Shown one piece after another: positions 29,615 to 42,043 of a stretch of DNA of 64,000 bases. The stretch is from the human T2T-CHM13v2.0 reference genome, Homo sapiens. Where the stretch lies: assembly GCF_009914755.1 (NCBI RefSeq), contig NC_060942.1; one strand, 5' to 3'. The notes below the pieces were generated by a model. That model was not told the DNA's origin and made no database searches. It saw only the letters and a program-made list of their open reading frames with translations. Each line of letters starts with the position of its first letter. The first letter of the stretch is position 1. A program made the translations under genes and the position numbers.

Positions 29615-30087
29615 TTGAAATTTGTTACATTAACTTTTGAAAATTATTAATCTCAATATTTGATTTAAAGCACAGTGGTCTCTCCTTGTTTTGGTTAATT
29701 ATTTTTATATATGTGTCTGTATGAAATTATATCTTTATATATTGTATATGTAAATATATATGATTATAATTAAATATCTGTGTATATAATTATATATAAT
29801 ATATGTATAATTATATATAAATAAAATATATAATTATTTACATACAAGTATATATTTAAATATATTAAAATTGTATATATTTATATATTTGTTTATATAT
29901 GTGTAAATATATATAATTATATATAAATGAATATATATTTAAATTGTACAGAACCATATATAATTATATATTTATATACACACATATATACGTATGTATA
30001 TAAATAACCAGAAAAAGGAGAGACCACAGTGCTGTAAATCAAATACTGAGATTAATAATTTTTAAAAGTTAATGTAACAAATTTCAA
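29615..30087. repeat. 87-bp inverted repeat arms flanking a ~300-bp AT-rich spacer
   Basis: 29615-29701 versus the reverse complement of 30001-30087: 7 mismatches, no gaps. Confidence 0.95.
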
Positions 30088-30567
30088 TAATATATAGATA
30101 TACATACACATATATAAATAATTATATATGTTATATATGTAATTTTATATACGCACACACATATATACATATATATGTGTGTGTGTATATATATATAAAA
30201 AATCAGACTCAATTTTTTTTCCAGTTACATCTTAAAGGTTATCTACATGTCTGTAAGGGCAAAATCATAATACATGATATTTAACTCAGCATCCCAACTG
30301 CCATTTCAGATGCATTTCTTCATACCATTATTATTTTGTTAAAATCATAAAATTTTATTATTTTAGTATTATATTCATTTTTTGTTTAATTTAGATAATG
30401 CATAGTTCTCAGTTAGAAGCCATATTATCACCTCCCAAAATGCTATTGTTTCAAATGAGAACCTAATTTGAGCTTAATTTTTCAAGTTTTAATTTTGATT
30501 ATCAGTCTTTCAACCTTTCTAATATATTCTTATTTTGTTTATGTTAAGCAGCTTCTATTCTACCAGT

Positions 30568-30648
30568 GCTGCTGCTGCTCCTCCTCTTCCTCATTTTTCT
30601 CCTCCTCCTCCTTCTTTCCTCCTCTTCCTCCTCTTTTTTCTTCTTCAC
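30568..30648. repeat. (CTG)/(TCC)n low-complexity tract
   Basis: Direct reading. Confidence 0.85.
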
Positions 30649-30739
30649 AATGAAAGAACTTTTTATTCCTGATAGAACAGTTAGTAAATATACTAAGATC
30701 CAGTTTGTTTATTTTAAAGACTTGCTGTACATTATTCAT

Positions 30740-30991
30740 GTATAGTTAAACAGTAAAGATTGAAATACTTAGCATATTATGCCATGTGGTCTACTATCTG
30801 GACTTAACCTACCTCTTACTTAGATTATGTCTCCTGCCTGTCTAGTTCTATGTATAGTTCTATGCATAGTGAGTTCTCTGGGATACTCACAATTCCCTGA
30901 AAACACGCTATGTAGTAATGCTTTCATGTCTTATCTCATGCTTTCCATATACATGGAAATACACATATACATATGTGTATGTGTATGTGTA

Positions 30992-31024
<33 letters not shown>

Positions 31025-31315
31025 ATAAAATATTGTCCCACAACAGTGCCTTGCCAAATTCAATTCTTATTCTGGACCCAAGTTTAACTTTCCCACAATG
31101 CCTTCAACAACCAAAAATAATTTCCATGAATCCATAATGTTTATTTGTGCCTGTAATAAGCATTTTCTTATTCTATGTTGGCTATAGTTATTCCTACTTG
31201 AATACTTTCTACCTCAGAACAGAGATAATTCCTATGTCATTTTTTATCCCCTGCCATTGCTACCATAATGTTTTACATATAATAGAGACGAAATTATTGG
31301 TCTCTTGAATTGAAT
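30740..31315 (+). mobile_element. L2 3' fragment with an internal (TG)n at ~30973-31025
   Basis: tatctggacttaacctacctc, ttccctgaaaacacg and a terminal ttgaattgaat. Confidence 0.55.
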
Positions 31316-31879
31316 ATTGAAATTATATAACCGTACTAAGGTTAGTTGTTTCTTTCCTTTTTAGGCAACATGCATTATTAATAATAATTGCTATTATTAC
31401 AAGTGAAAAAAAACTCATGCAGATGGTGATTATTTTCATAGTTCATCATTCTGCCAGTCAAATTTCAAGTGAAATAATTGCCTCCCTTGGGCCTCCAGTA
31501 AACTAGAGGATGTAATATATATAATAATAATGAGATATTTTAATAATGATTCAGAAACATTAAAGTGTGGAAATGGTAGTTTGGGTTCACATTCCAAAAC
31601 TGAAGAGTGCTATTATATAATTAGCAATGCTGGATAGAGTATACATTTTTACAAAATCAATCACAAACTGTTCAAATTATTGCTTTTAAGCTTCACCGCA
31701 CTAGATGTTGCAGATATGCTTTTCTATATTTCTTTAGTATGTGCATAAGGGCTTATTAAAAGGGAAATGTGTTTCTCAGTGATATACTCTGTATAATATT
31801 TAAGAATATTTCAAGGATGGATTAAAATTTGTAAAAATTGTAGAAATTTTTAATTCGCAGAGGATTTATAAAAACAAAA

Positions 31880-31975
31880 CTTTTGAGGCAGAAGACACTA
31901 TAGAGCTCATCCAATTCAATCCCCTTCCCTTACAAACTAAGGAACTGAAGATAGGGAAGTAACATGATTCTATCA
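31880..31975 (-). mobile_element. MIR3-like fragment
   Basis: agagctcatccaattcaatccccttcccttacaaactaaggaactgaag. Confidence 0.5.
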
Positions 31976-33710
31976 TTCTCTCAGGAAGCTACCATATTTC
32001 TGGGTTTTTTTTTTCAGGTTAAGTTTATGAATACTCCTGATATCAATTATCTGTAATGGCCTACGTGAAGACAAATAAATACTTTGGTAATATGAAAGAG
32101 GGAATGCTAAGTCGTCTAAGAGGGAATAGTAAACTGTTGTTTATGTTTGGATAAAAATAATAGCTGAGAAAAGTTGTAGGTTATACCGCAAAGGAATCTC
32201 CCCTGATTTGTTGTTTTTGTTGCTATTGTTGGTTTTTAGGGTAGCAGTGTAATAGCGTGAGTTATAATTTTAAAGCAAAATAGTGCTAGCCCCTATATTT
32301 GTTCAGTAAATAAATAGTTAATGACAATCAGAGAAAGATAATAAAAAGGATACTAAGAAAAAAATTGAAAATAAAATATTTTGGGAAAAGGGATAAAAGT
32401 AGTAAGGATTTAAGAAATATTTATATCCTTGAATCTCAGGAAGGGTTTAAACACACTTGCCACAGTCTCCTAATATGATCTTTGGTCATAGAAACAGCTT
32501 ATTTCTAACATGGCAGTGGGTCTTGATGCCACACTTTGCCAGACAGTATTTAATGTAATTCTTCCTAAGTTTAGAAAAAATATATACTTATTTAACACGA
32601 AGCAAAATCTATCATTTACTACCTTATAAACTTTGTTACTTCAATAGCTGATCAAACACACAAGTGAAATGCTGTGGTTTAATGTCAGAGTAGTGGGCTC
32701 AAAATTCCCCAAAACTTGGCTGCTCTTTTATAATTAGCTGAAGAAAGGCAGCCCAACATCTTATACAATACTACAATATTATTTCTTTGATCAATAAATG
32801 AAATACTGATGCCTCCCATGAAAATGCCAAGCCAAGAACTCACTGGTATAAATAATATTAGCCATGGTCTACTAAACTTTTTGATTTAAATGACTGAAAG
32901 TCACTGAAATTTCTCCTCTTGCAATTAGTATTTTAAAATGTGCTCTAAGTACATCGTAAAACATTTCATGCTGTTCCTTGAAAATAAATGAGTTATCTTC
33001 AAAATATATCTCAGAAAAAATTCATGTGTTTAAGGAAATTTCTTTTATTATTTCTGGTAATATTTTCTATTATTTTCCAATACTAAAGACAATTCTTTTA
33101 ACTAGCTTTTTGACAATTTAGATAATAAAAGAGTAATTTGAGTAGAAATTAATAAAATAAAAAACTGTAATTCAAGACATTCAAGGAAAGTGGAAAATAT
33201 AATTAAATATTCCGTTTTCTAATTATTAATACACATACTGTAAAAGTCTATTATTTGGCCCTTTTAAGAATTTATACAAAAATACAAGTAGTTTTGAAGA
33301 ACAATGGAGAAACATTTCTCGGTGAGAAGAAATCCAGGTCTAAAGTGACTGTATTTTTTGCAAGTCTTCTGCATACAATCAACCAATGTCTGAGTTGTTA
33401 CTGGTTTAAAACTGGAATTGATTTTAAATTACAAACAAGGCTCTTTATAACAGTGACCCTAGGATAAAACCTACCTTCATGGCCAAACAAATAATATTTT
33501 TGATAATGGTAGTAACAACACAGGAATTTGATGCTAGAAAACAAGAACAACAATGTCTACTTTCCCCAAGTAGGTTATAAAGTGTTCATGGCTTCCTTTG
33601 CCTTATCCAATGACAACAAAGTAACTTGAAAAGAATATTAATAATATTAATAAATGAGTGAGAGAATGAATAATTGTTGGAATATAAAGTTTTATAAGTT
33701 CTGTTTCTCT

Positions 33711-34051
<341 letters not shown>

Positions 34052-34054
34052 CTC

Positions 34055-34644
34055 TTTATTTTATTTATTTATTTATTTTTAAGAAAGGGTCTCACTTTGT
34101 CACTGCACTCACATAGCTCACTGCAACCTCAAATGCCTGGCTCAAGCCATCCTCCTGCCTCACTCTCTTGAGTAGCTGGGACTAGAGGAAAATGCCACCA
34201 CACCGGGATATATATTTTTTTAATATTTGCCATGTTTGTATGTATTTATTTATTTAAAACTTTCACTTTAGGTTCAGGGTACATGTGAGGGTTTGTAACA
34301 TAGGTAAATGCATATCACGGGAGTTTGTTGTACAGATTATTTCATCACATAGGTATTAAGCCCACTACCCAATAGTTATCCTTTCTGCTCCTCTCCCTCC
34401 TCCCACCCTCCTTCCTCAAGCAGACCCTAGTGTCTGTATTTCCCTTGTGTTCATGAGTTTTCATCAATTAGCTCCCACTTGTAAGTGAGAACATGTGGTA
34501 TTAGGTTTTCTGTTCCTGTGTTAGTTTAGAGAGGGGTCTTACTATGCTGTGGAGGCTGATCTGGAGCTCCTGGCCTCAACTTATCCTCTCACCTTGGCCT
34601 TGCAAAGCACTGGGATTGCAGGCATGAGCCAATCATCTCTGGCT
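34055..34644 (-). mobile_element. AluJ split by an L1 fragment
   Basis: Right arm ~34055-34215, left arm ~34528-34644; degenerate TSD tataagttctgtttct (33693) / tataaattctgattct (34646). Confidence 0.85.
34235..34527 (-). mobile_element. L1PA (PA10-13-like) 3'UTR fragment
   Basis: ttgttgtacagattatttcatcac and agctcccacttgtaagtgagaacatgtggta. Confidence 0.92.
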
Positions 34645-34659
34645 CTATAAATTCTGATT

Positions 34660-35220
34660 CTATCTTCAAATTATTCCTTCCCCAGTGTCTTTCTTCTCAA
34701 TAAATGTGTCATTTTTTTTCTTGGTTGCATAAGTCAAATCCTCTGGTGATTATTTCTCTTACGCTACACACTGAATCCCTTAGAAACTGTATCACCACCC
34801 CCTTCCAATAAGACAGATGCAACCATTTCTTACTACGTCTTCATTTTTCTTACCCAAGTCAGGACAACAGCCTCCTAACTACGCTAACAGCTTTCTTAGT
34901 TTTCTACAGGCTATTCTCCAGAAAGATTCCTTTAAAATGTGAATTATATTAAATCATTTTCCTGTTCAAAATATTCAATGGTTTCTTCTCAGACTTAAAA
35001 TAAAATCAAATTGCTTACTGTGGCTTAAAGGGAGAACATGATCTGCCCCAGGGATCTTCCATTCCATACAGGGTCACTCATTCTGATTTTCTCTTTTGCA
35101 ACCACAGTGACTTTCTCAGGACCTTCTTTTGTGATTGCGATTTTCTCTACCTAGAATTATCGTCTCCCCTGTTTACCACTCTTACTTCCCTATCAAATGT
35201 TCCTTTGTCCAAATCCACCT
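34660..35220 (+). mobile_element. L2 fragment
   Basis: aacagcctcctaact, ttcaatggtttc, aataaaatcaaattgcttactgtggc and catgatctgcccc. Confidence 0.7.
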
Positions 35221-35740
35221 ATCACTTTCTGTTGTTTTAACCCATAGTTCACTATTCTTGCACCTTTACCTGTGTTTTAAGAAAGCTTAATGAGCAAGAT
35301 AGACCAATGACTTTGGCACATGTCTGTGGAGTCCAGGCAGCCTATTTCTAAGCTTCCTTATCAGTGAGATCTGTCCTAACATTAATAAACAATAATTTGG
35401 TTTGTTAATGACAAAATATGTTAATTATAGAAACCACAGGGTGTGAATAAAAGGTACAAAGAGTCAGACTAAGACAAAAGAAATGATTGCAGAGAAAATT
35501 AAGCAGATTTAGTTTTTAAATCTCTTAGGAAGGAAATTTAGCTCACAAAAGTAGTGCCTAAATTAGCCATTGACAGTTCAAGTTTATGATTTCCAGAAAG
35601 AGTAAAATCTTACTGATCATTCAGAAAATGCTTTTTGCTTTTCATTATAAAGTTGTTTTTCCATAAATGCATATGTATGTAGAAAGCGATTGTCTCTTCG
35701 GAAAGGAACAAACTTCTCAACAGATTATTCCAAGATTATA

Positions 35741-36986
35741 TTAGGTTGGTGCAAAAGTAATTGCAGTTAGAGACCATGAATTATAAGTCATTATAACTAG
35801 GTTCAAACATATCTTTATTAATCAAAATGGGAACCATTATAATCAACACATTTTTGCTAATGAGAAATAAGTTTGTTTATTCCTGTAGCATAAAATCCAC
35901 GTTTCAGGATTCGACAAACTCTTGGAAAGCATTTTCTGCATCCTGCTGGTTGTGGAAGATGCTTGAAGAAGTGGTAGTTGGTTGGTAAGAGGTCAGGTGA
36001 ATATGGCGGTTCAGGTAAAACTCCCTAGCCCAATTCATTCAACTTTTGAAGCATTGGCTGTGCGACAAGTGGTTGGGCATTGTCGTGAAAAATTGGGCCC
36101 TTTCTGTTGACCAATGTCAGCTGCTGGCATTGCAGTTTTTGGTGCATCTCATTGATTTGCTGAGCATACTTCTCAGATGTAATAGTTTTGCTGAGATTCA
36201 GAAAGCTGTAGTAAATCAGACTGGCAGCAGACCACCGGTGACCACACCCTTTTTCTGGTGCAAGTTTGTCTTTGGGAAGTGCTTTGGAGCTTCTTCTCGG
36301 TCTAATCACTGAGCTGGTTGTCACCAGTTGTTGCATAAAATCCATTTTCAGCACACATCACAATCCAATTGAGAAATGATTCATTGTTGTTGCAAAGAAT
36401 AAGAGAAGACGACACTTCAAAACAATGATTTTTTTTTATTTTGCTCAGCTCATGAGGCACCCCCTTATCAAGCTTTTTCCCCTTTCCAATTTGCTTCAAA
36501 TGCCAATCGACATAGAATGGTTGACGTTGAGTTCTTCAGCAACTTCTCGTGTAGTTGTAAGAGGATCAGCTTCAATGATGCTCTCAATTGGTCATTGTCA
36601 ACTTCCAATAGCCAGCCACTATGCTCCTCATCTTCAAGACTCTCGTCTCCTTTGCAAAACTTCTTGAACCACCACGGTACTCCATGTTTGTTAACAGTTC
36701 CTGGGCCAAATGAATTGATGTTGCAAATTGTCTCTGCTGCTTTAGCACCCATTTTGAACTCAAATAAGAAAATCACTCGTTTGTTTTTTGTCTAACATCA
36801 TTTCCATAGTCTAAAATAAATACAAATTAACCAGCAAGTAATGTCATTAGCAAAAAAAAAAATACAGTGAGAAATGCCCCATTAAAAGGATGTATAACAT
36901 AACCCCATTTATTTAAGAATGTATTCCAATATCAAATGGCAAATTACAACAATGCAAAAACTACTCTTACTTCTGTATCAACCTAA
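35741..36986 (-). mobile_element. Hsmar1 mariner DNA transposon, near full length (1246 bp)
   Basis: ITR ttaggttggtgcaaaagtaattgcagtt at 35741, degenerate ITR ending …caacctaa at 36986, TA on both flanks (35739-40, 36987-88), and internal transposase homology. Confidence 0.97.
35818..36807 (-). pseudogene. Hsmar1 transposase pseudogene (frameshifts, stop, internal deletion)
   Basis: ATG at 36807 (MEMMLDKKQ). Fragments: IFLFEFKMG…WWFKKFCKGDESLEDEE, KLDKGVPHEL, TITSEKYAQQI…HDNA, YSPDLLPTNYHFFKHL. Premature TAG at ~36025-36027; terminal TAA at 35820-35818. Confidence 0.95.
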
Positions 36987-37076
36987 TATTTTCAAACATG
37001 TTCTTTTGTTTTTCTTCTTGAGAGTACTAATCTTCAAATATTGAGGAAGTATTTTATACTTAAAATATTATACTGT

Positions 37077-37896
37077 TGAAATGAGAAAAGTTCCCTTATA
37101 CCCCTTGCAGGGCATGAGACAGGGGCAGTGGCTGGCTTCTTCAGTGACCCACTGATCAAACCTCTACGGGAGCATGCAGATGGGCAAGTTTTGGGGCTCC
37201 ATGCCCCAAACACCATGGCAGCCTCTAGGGGTGAATGCTTACAGCTCCTGAAGCCCCAGGGGGCATGCGTTACAGAGTAATCTTTTATTTTGCAGTCTGT
37301 ACGTGGCTTGTGTTAATCAGCTGTATTAGACCCTCTGCCTTACCTCAATGACACAGGACTTTCTGTATTCTGGGGTTCTTGCCATGCTGTAGAGGAAGAA
37401 TCATATCACACGTGGGCTTGGAGAATGAGTGCAAGGTTTTATTGAGTGGGAGTAACTCTCAGCAGATGGGAGAGCCAGAAGGGAGATGGAGTGGGAAGGT
37501 GGTGGTTTTTCCCTGGAGTTGGGCTTCTCATTGGCGGGGCTCTCCTCCAACCCTTCCACGTCATTCCACTGGTCTATGGCCTGACAGCCTGCTGATGCCT
37601 GTCGGTTTGCTCTTACACCGGTGCATTACTCTTGACATACAGCTGTTGTGTGTTCTCACACTTGTGTGTTCTGTCAACATTCAGCCACTTGTATCTGTGT
37701 CCACTAGGATCTCAGGGTTTTTACAGGCACACGATGGGGTGTGGTAGGCCAGGGTGGTCTCAAGAAATGCAACATTTGGGTGCAAAGGCAGGAGTGCCTG
37801 CCCTCACCTAGGTCCATGGGCAGAAGCCTGGGGATGGAGCCCTCACCAGGGACCCACCCTTCTCCTCCCAGCACTTTACTGCCCCCTTCTGTATCA
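37077..37896 (-). mobile_element. ERV1 solo LTR, LTR1/LTR28/MER52 group (820 bp)
   Basis: Minus strand begins tgatacagaagggggcag… and ends …gggaacttttctcatttca (TG…CA); contains ggacctaggtgagggcaggcactcc; 4-bp TSD ctgt/ctat. Confidence 0.88.
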
Positions 37897-37965
37897 CTAT
37901 GATACATAAATATTATGAAACTGTGTAATACAATTATAAGAAATGTAAACAAAGAATATTAACTA

Positions 37966-38250
37966 GGCCAGGAGTGGTGGCTTGTGTCTGGGTGAGGCAG
38001 GAGGCTGAGGCAGTAAGACAGTAAGATCACTTGAGGCTAGAAGTTCAAGACCAACCTTTGCAACATACCAATAGCCCTCTTCTGTACATTTTTTTTTTTT
38101 TAATTATTGGCAAGGTCTATAGTCTCAGCTATGTGGTAAGCCAAGATGGGAGGATGGCTTGAGCCCAGGATCTCAAGGCAGCAGTGAGCTATGATTGTGC
38201 CACTGTACTCTAGCCTGGATGACAAGAAAAGAATTAAAAAAAAAAAAAAA
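37966..38250 (+). mobile_element. Diverged AluJ (Jo-like)
   Basis: cttgagcccaggatctcaaggcagcagtgagctatgattgtgccactg plus a poly(A) tail. Confidence 0.88.
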
Positions 38251-38379
38251 GACTAGGAATTCAGAAAAAGGTAGGAAGCAGAACATGAATAAGTATTCAA
38301 TTAAGACTAAGTTTTGTTTTTTGAATTAGTTGTTGTTTTCCCTGTCATTTGAAAGCCAAATCTGGTTTGGATCCACGGG

Positions 38380-38606
38380 AAGCAGTGAACATTGGAGCCA
38401 GGCTGCTTGGGTTCCAAATCCTAATTCTTCATTTTAGTATCTATTTAATTTAACACAGTTACTTTAGCTTCTTATATCTCTGATTTTTTCATTCCTAAAA
38501 TGAGATGTGAATAAAAACCTGACTGAGTTTTTTGTGAAATGAATTTTTAAATCACTTAGAGCAGTGCCTTCCATATAGTAAGCACTCAATAAATACTCGC
38601 CATTAT
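38380..38606 (+). mobile_element. MIR SINE
   Basis: ttggagccaggctgcttgggttccaaatcc…cacttagagcagtgcc…catatagtaagcactcaataaat. Confidence 0.85.
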
Positions 38607-38619
38607 CTATTATTTTCCG

Positions 38620-38690
38620 TGGTGGTGGTAGTAATAGTAACAGTAGTAGTAGCAGTATTAGTAATAGCAGTAGTAGTAGAAGAAGAAGAA
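38620..38690. repeat. (TAG)n/(GAA)n trinucleotide tract
   Basis: Direct reading. Confidence 0.8.
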
Positions 38691-38814
38691 AACGGGAACA
38701 AGAAATAAAATGAGGAGTGAAAATTTACTTAAGTGTAGGGAAATGCTGAATTAGTAAAGTCAGAGGGGGAACAGGGTAAGCAAAGACTACTTAAAAAAAA
38801 AAAAAGTAAATTCT

Positions 38815-39265
38815 TGTATTAGTTTTCTGTGGCCACAGTGATAAATACCAAAAATTTGGTGTCTTGAAACACATTTATTTTCTCACACTTCTGAAGTCCA
38901 GAAATTAGAAGTCACTTTTTTGGGGGTAAAGTCAAGATGTCAGCAGGGCTTAGCCCTTCTGGAGTCTCTAAGGAGAAAATTGCTTGCTGTTTCTGGCTTC
39001 TGGCAGGTACTGGAAATCCGTGGCTTCTTGCCTGCCACATCACTCTCATCTCTATGTCTGACATTCCATTGCTTTCTCATCTTCTCTTCCATTCCTCCCT
39101 CTTATAAGGACACACTTGTTATGATGTTTATGACCCACATGGATAATCCAGATAATCCCTCCACATCAAGATCTTTAACTTAATCAAAGTCCTTTTTGCC
39201 ATATAAGGTAGCATTCACAGGTTCCAGGGATTAGGATATGGATATATTTGGAGGTCAAGCTCTAT
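38815..39265 (-). mobile_element. MLT1D-like solo LTR
   Basis: tgtattagttttctgtggc, cacatggataatccagataatccc and cattcacaggttccagggattaggat. Confidence 0.88.
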
Positions 39266-40519
39266 TTTCAAGTTCTTCCCAATCAATATTTTATTTTTAA
39301 AACTTCAATAAGCATAATTCAAAATGAATCACGGGTTTGTGTGTGTGTGTCATTTTTCTGACATTGAAAAAAGTAGGAATTATACAGTTGAGATGTTTAT
39401 TACCAGTATAAAGTGTAGTAAAATCGATTACAACAAATCTTCACGTGTCAGTTTTTTACTTCTGTAATTATATGAAGGATTAGTGAATGTCATAACAGAA
39501 AAGTGTTACATGCATGTATCCATATTCAAATAGAAATAATAATATAGTTTTTGATGCCTGAGATAAGGTGGTATACTAGATTTATAAAGCATTATTAAAG
39601 AAACTAAACAAAATCTCATTTATTTCTAATTTACCGAATATCAATTAAATTATGTGAAAAATTTTGCCAGGTTTTCCAATTTACCTAGAGCTTTCTGGGT
39701 ACTCAGAAGATGTTTTATGAATGCCATCCTGAATGTTTTCTGTTTGTTCACTTGTATTTACATTAAATTGATGCAAATATGACTGTCTGTGTGTCTGATG
39801 TTTGTAAGAGTTTTAATGTAAATTTTTTAATTTGTCTAGTATAAATTATATATATACATAATTTTTACTCTATTTCTAAAGTTTAAATTTGCAGTTTATC
39901 ATATCAATTATAATTTTTGAATATAAGAGCATAATGACCATTCCTTTCAGACTACCTTTTGGCTCTAATAGAATACAATTTGTAATATAATTTTCTAAAA
40001 TCAAAAGTAACATTCACAGGTTTTAGGGAATTTTAAGACATAAAACTCTGGAAATCTAGTAGTCTCGTACTAATGATTCTTTCATTCTTACTCTTATTAT
40101 CAAGTACATTAATAGAAAAAAATTGGACAATAATTATCTGGTAAACACTGAATGGATTAAACAAAAAGTCAAATATTAAATTAGCCAAGAATTATTTAAA
40201 TTTAGTATCTTATACAAAACACAACTATTTCAAAGAATGTTACTTCTTAAACCAAACTTAAGGATCTATTTTATTATGTTTCTTTTTTTTGAGGCTTCTG
40301 AATACAAGGAATAATAAACCATAATTTGAACATTTCTCTTCACTGTAGATGGTATGATCCAAATATCATTCTTATTATCTACAGTGTTGGCTCTCATTTT
40401 CTAAAAAGTCCTAAATTTAAAAACAAAAAGCCTTTGTTATAAAAGCATAGGGAAGTGTGAATCTTTTGACATAGATTCTTCACATATTCATTAATTCAAT
40501 TAGGCAGATTTGGCAATGA

Positions 40520-40750
40520 TGATGTGTGAAAAGAACAATGAATATGGAATAAGAATAAAATATGCTGCAAACTAGGCTATGCTATGTCCTAGGTTTGCAA
40601 GCTTGAGAGAAATTACTTAAGGCCAATTTTCTTATCTTTAAAATGTGCCTAAAAATAATTGCTTCAATAATTGTTAAAAGAATTAGATGAAATAACCATA
40701 AAATCCCCAGCACAATGATTGAGACAGTGAGACTCACTTTAATATGTTCC
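40520..40750 (+). mobile_element. MIR SINE
   Basis: aaattacttaaggccaattttcttatctttaaaatg…gaattagatgaaataa. Confidence 0.6.
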
Positions 40751-40886
40751 TGCTTAGTCTTTATGCAAGCTTTTGGGTCCTTTCTGTGTTCTTAGAAGGA
40801 TAATAATTATATGAGAAAAACAAACAAACAAAGTAGAAAATGTTATTTGTTGCCCTTGAGAAATTTGCAACCAATTTAGGGAGATA

Positions 40887-41030
40887 ATATATATACACAT
40901 ACACATTTGTTATTACATACAAATATACAAATATATATACATATATACAAATATATATACATGTCTATACATATTTGTTATTATATACAAATATACACAG
41001 TTATACATACATTCATATGTGTGTGTTTGT
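40887..41030. repeat. TA/CA-rich low-complexity tract
   Basis: Repeated atatacaaatatatatac and atttgttatta units. Confidence 0.8.
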
Positions 41031-41034
41031 ATAC

Positions 41035-41165
41035 CCTTAAGTGCTAGCCACTTGTCTAAGCACTTTATATATAGAGCCTAGAGTAAATCATTTCATTTTA
41101 ACAAAATTGTATTGGATTGTATTGGGTAGTTTTTTTATCCTCATTTCACAGATCTGAGATTAAGT
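41035..41165 (-). mobile_element. MIR fragment
   Basis: ctaagcactttatat…tatcctcatttcacagat. Confidence 0.6.
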
Positions 41166-41693
41166 CATGTAGACTAGCATTAAGTATAAAAGATTATCAC
41201 AGGCCGAAAATACATCACTTTGTGTTAAAATTAAGAAACCATGTAGACAAGTCTGAGGAGGTGAGGAGTTCCTAGAATGGTGAAATTAGAATCCAAACCT
41301 GGAAAGGTATGAGAATGAAGAAGTGTTTTTCTAAATAATATGAATAATAATAATTTGATAGATGACATTTGTTCTTAACTTTCCTATTGCAACCACCATT
41401 TCCCAAGTCCTAGGCAATTCAACATAAAAGGTAAAAGTCCAGGTAAATGTCTACATTTTGTCACTTCAAAGCATTTTTCTAAATCCTAGTGTATTTCCTG
41501 GTGAGCTGGGCCAAAATTCATAGAGGAGTTACATTGCTTCAGCTACATGCTAAGTAGTCCTCTTCAACTTCTAACCTCAAACACACACAGAAACAGATAA
41601 AGGGGAATTGACAGAAGGTTTGCATCTTAAGCATATTCTTTAAGATAGTTCCTTTTAACAACTCTAAGATAACATTTTGACACAACAATATTA

Positions 41694-42043
<350 letters not shown>

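Noticed and set aside
35818-36807. SETMAR gene or retrocopy
   Set aside because: No SET-domain sequence or poly(A) tail; both ITRs with TA duplications indicate an ordinary transposon insertion, and the ORF is broken.
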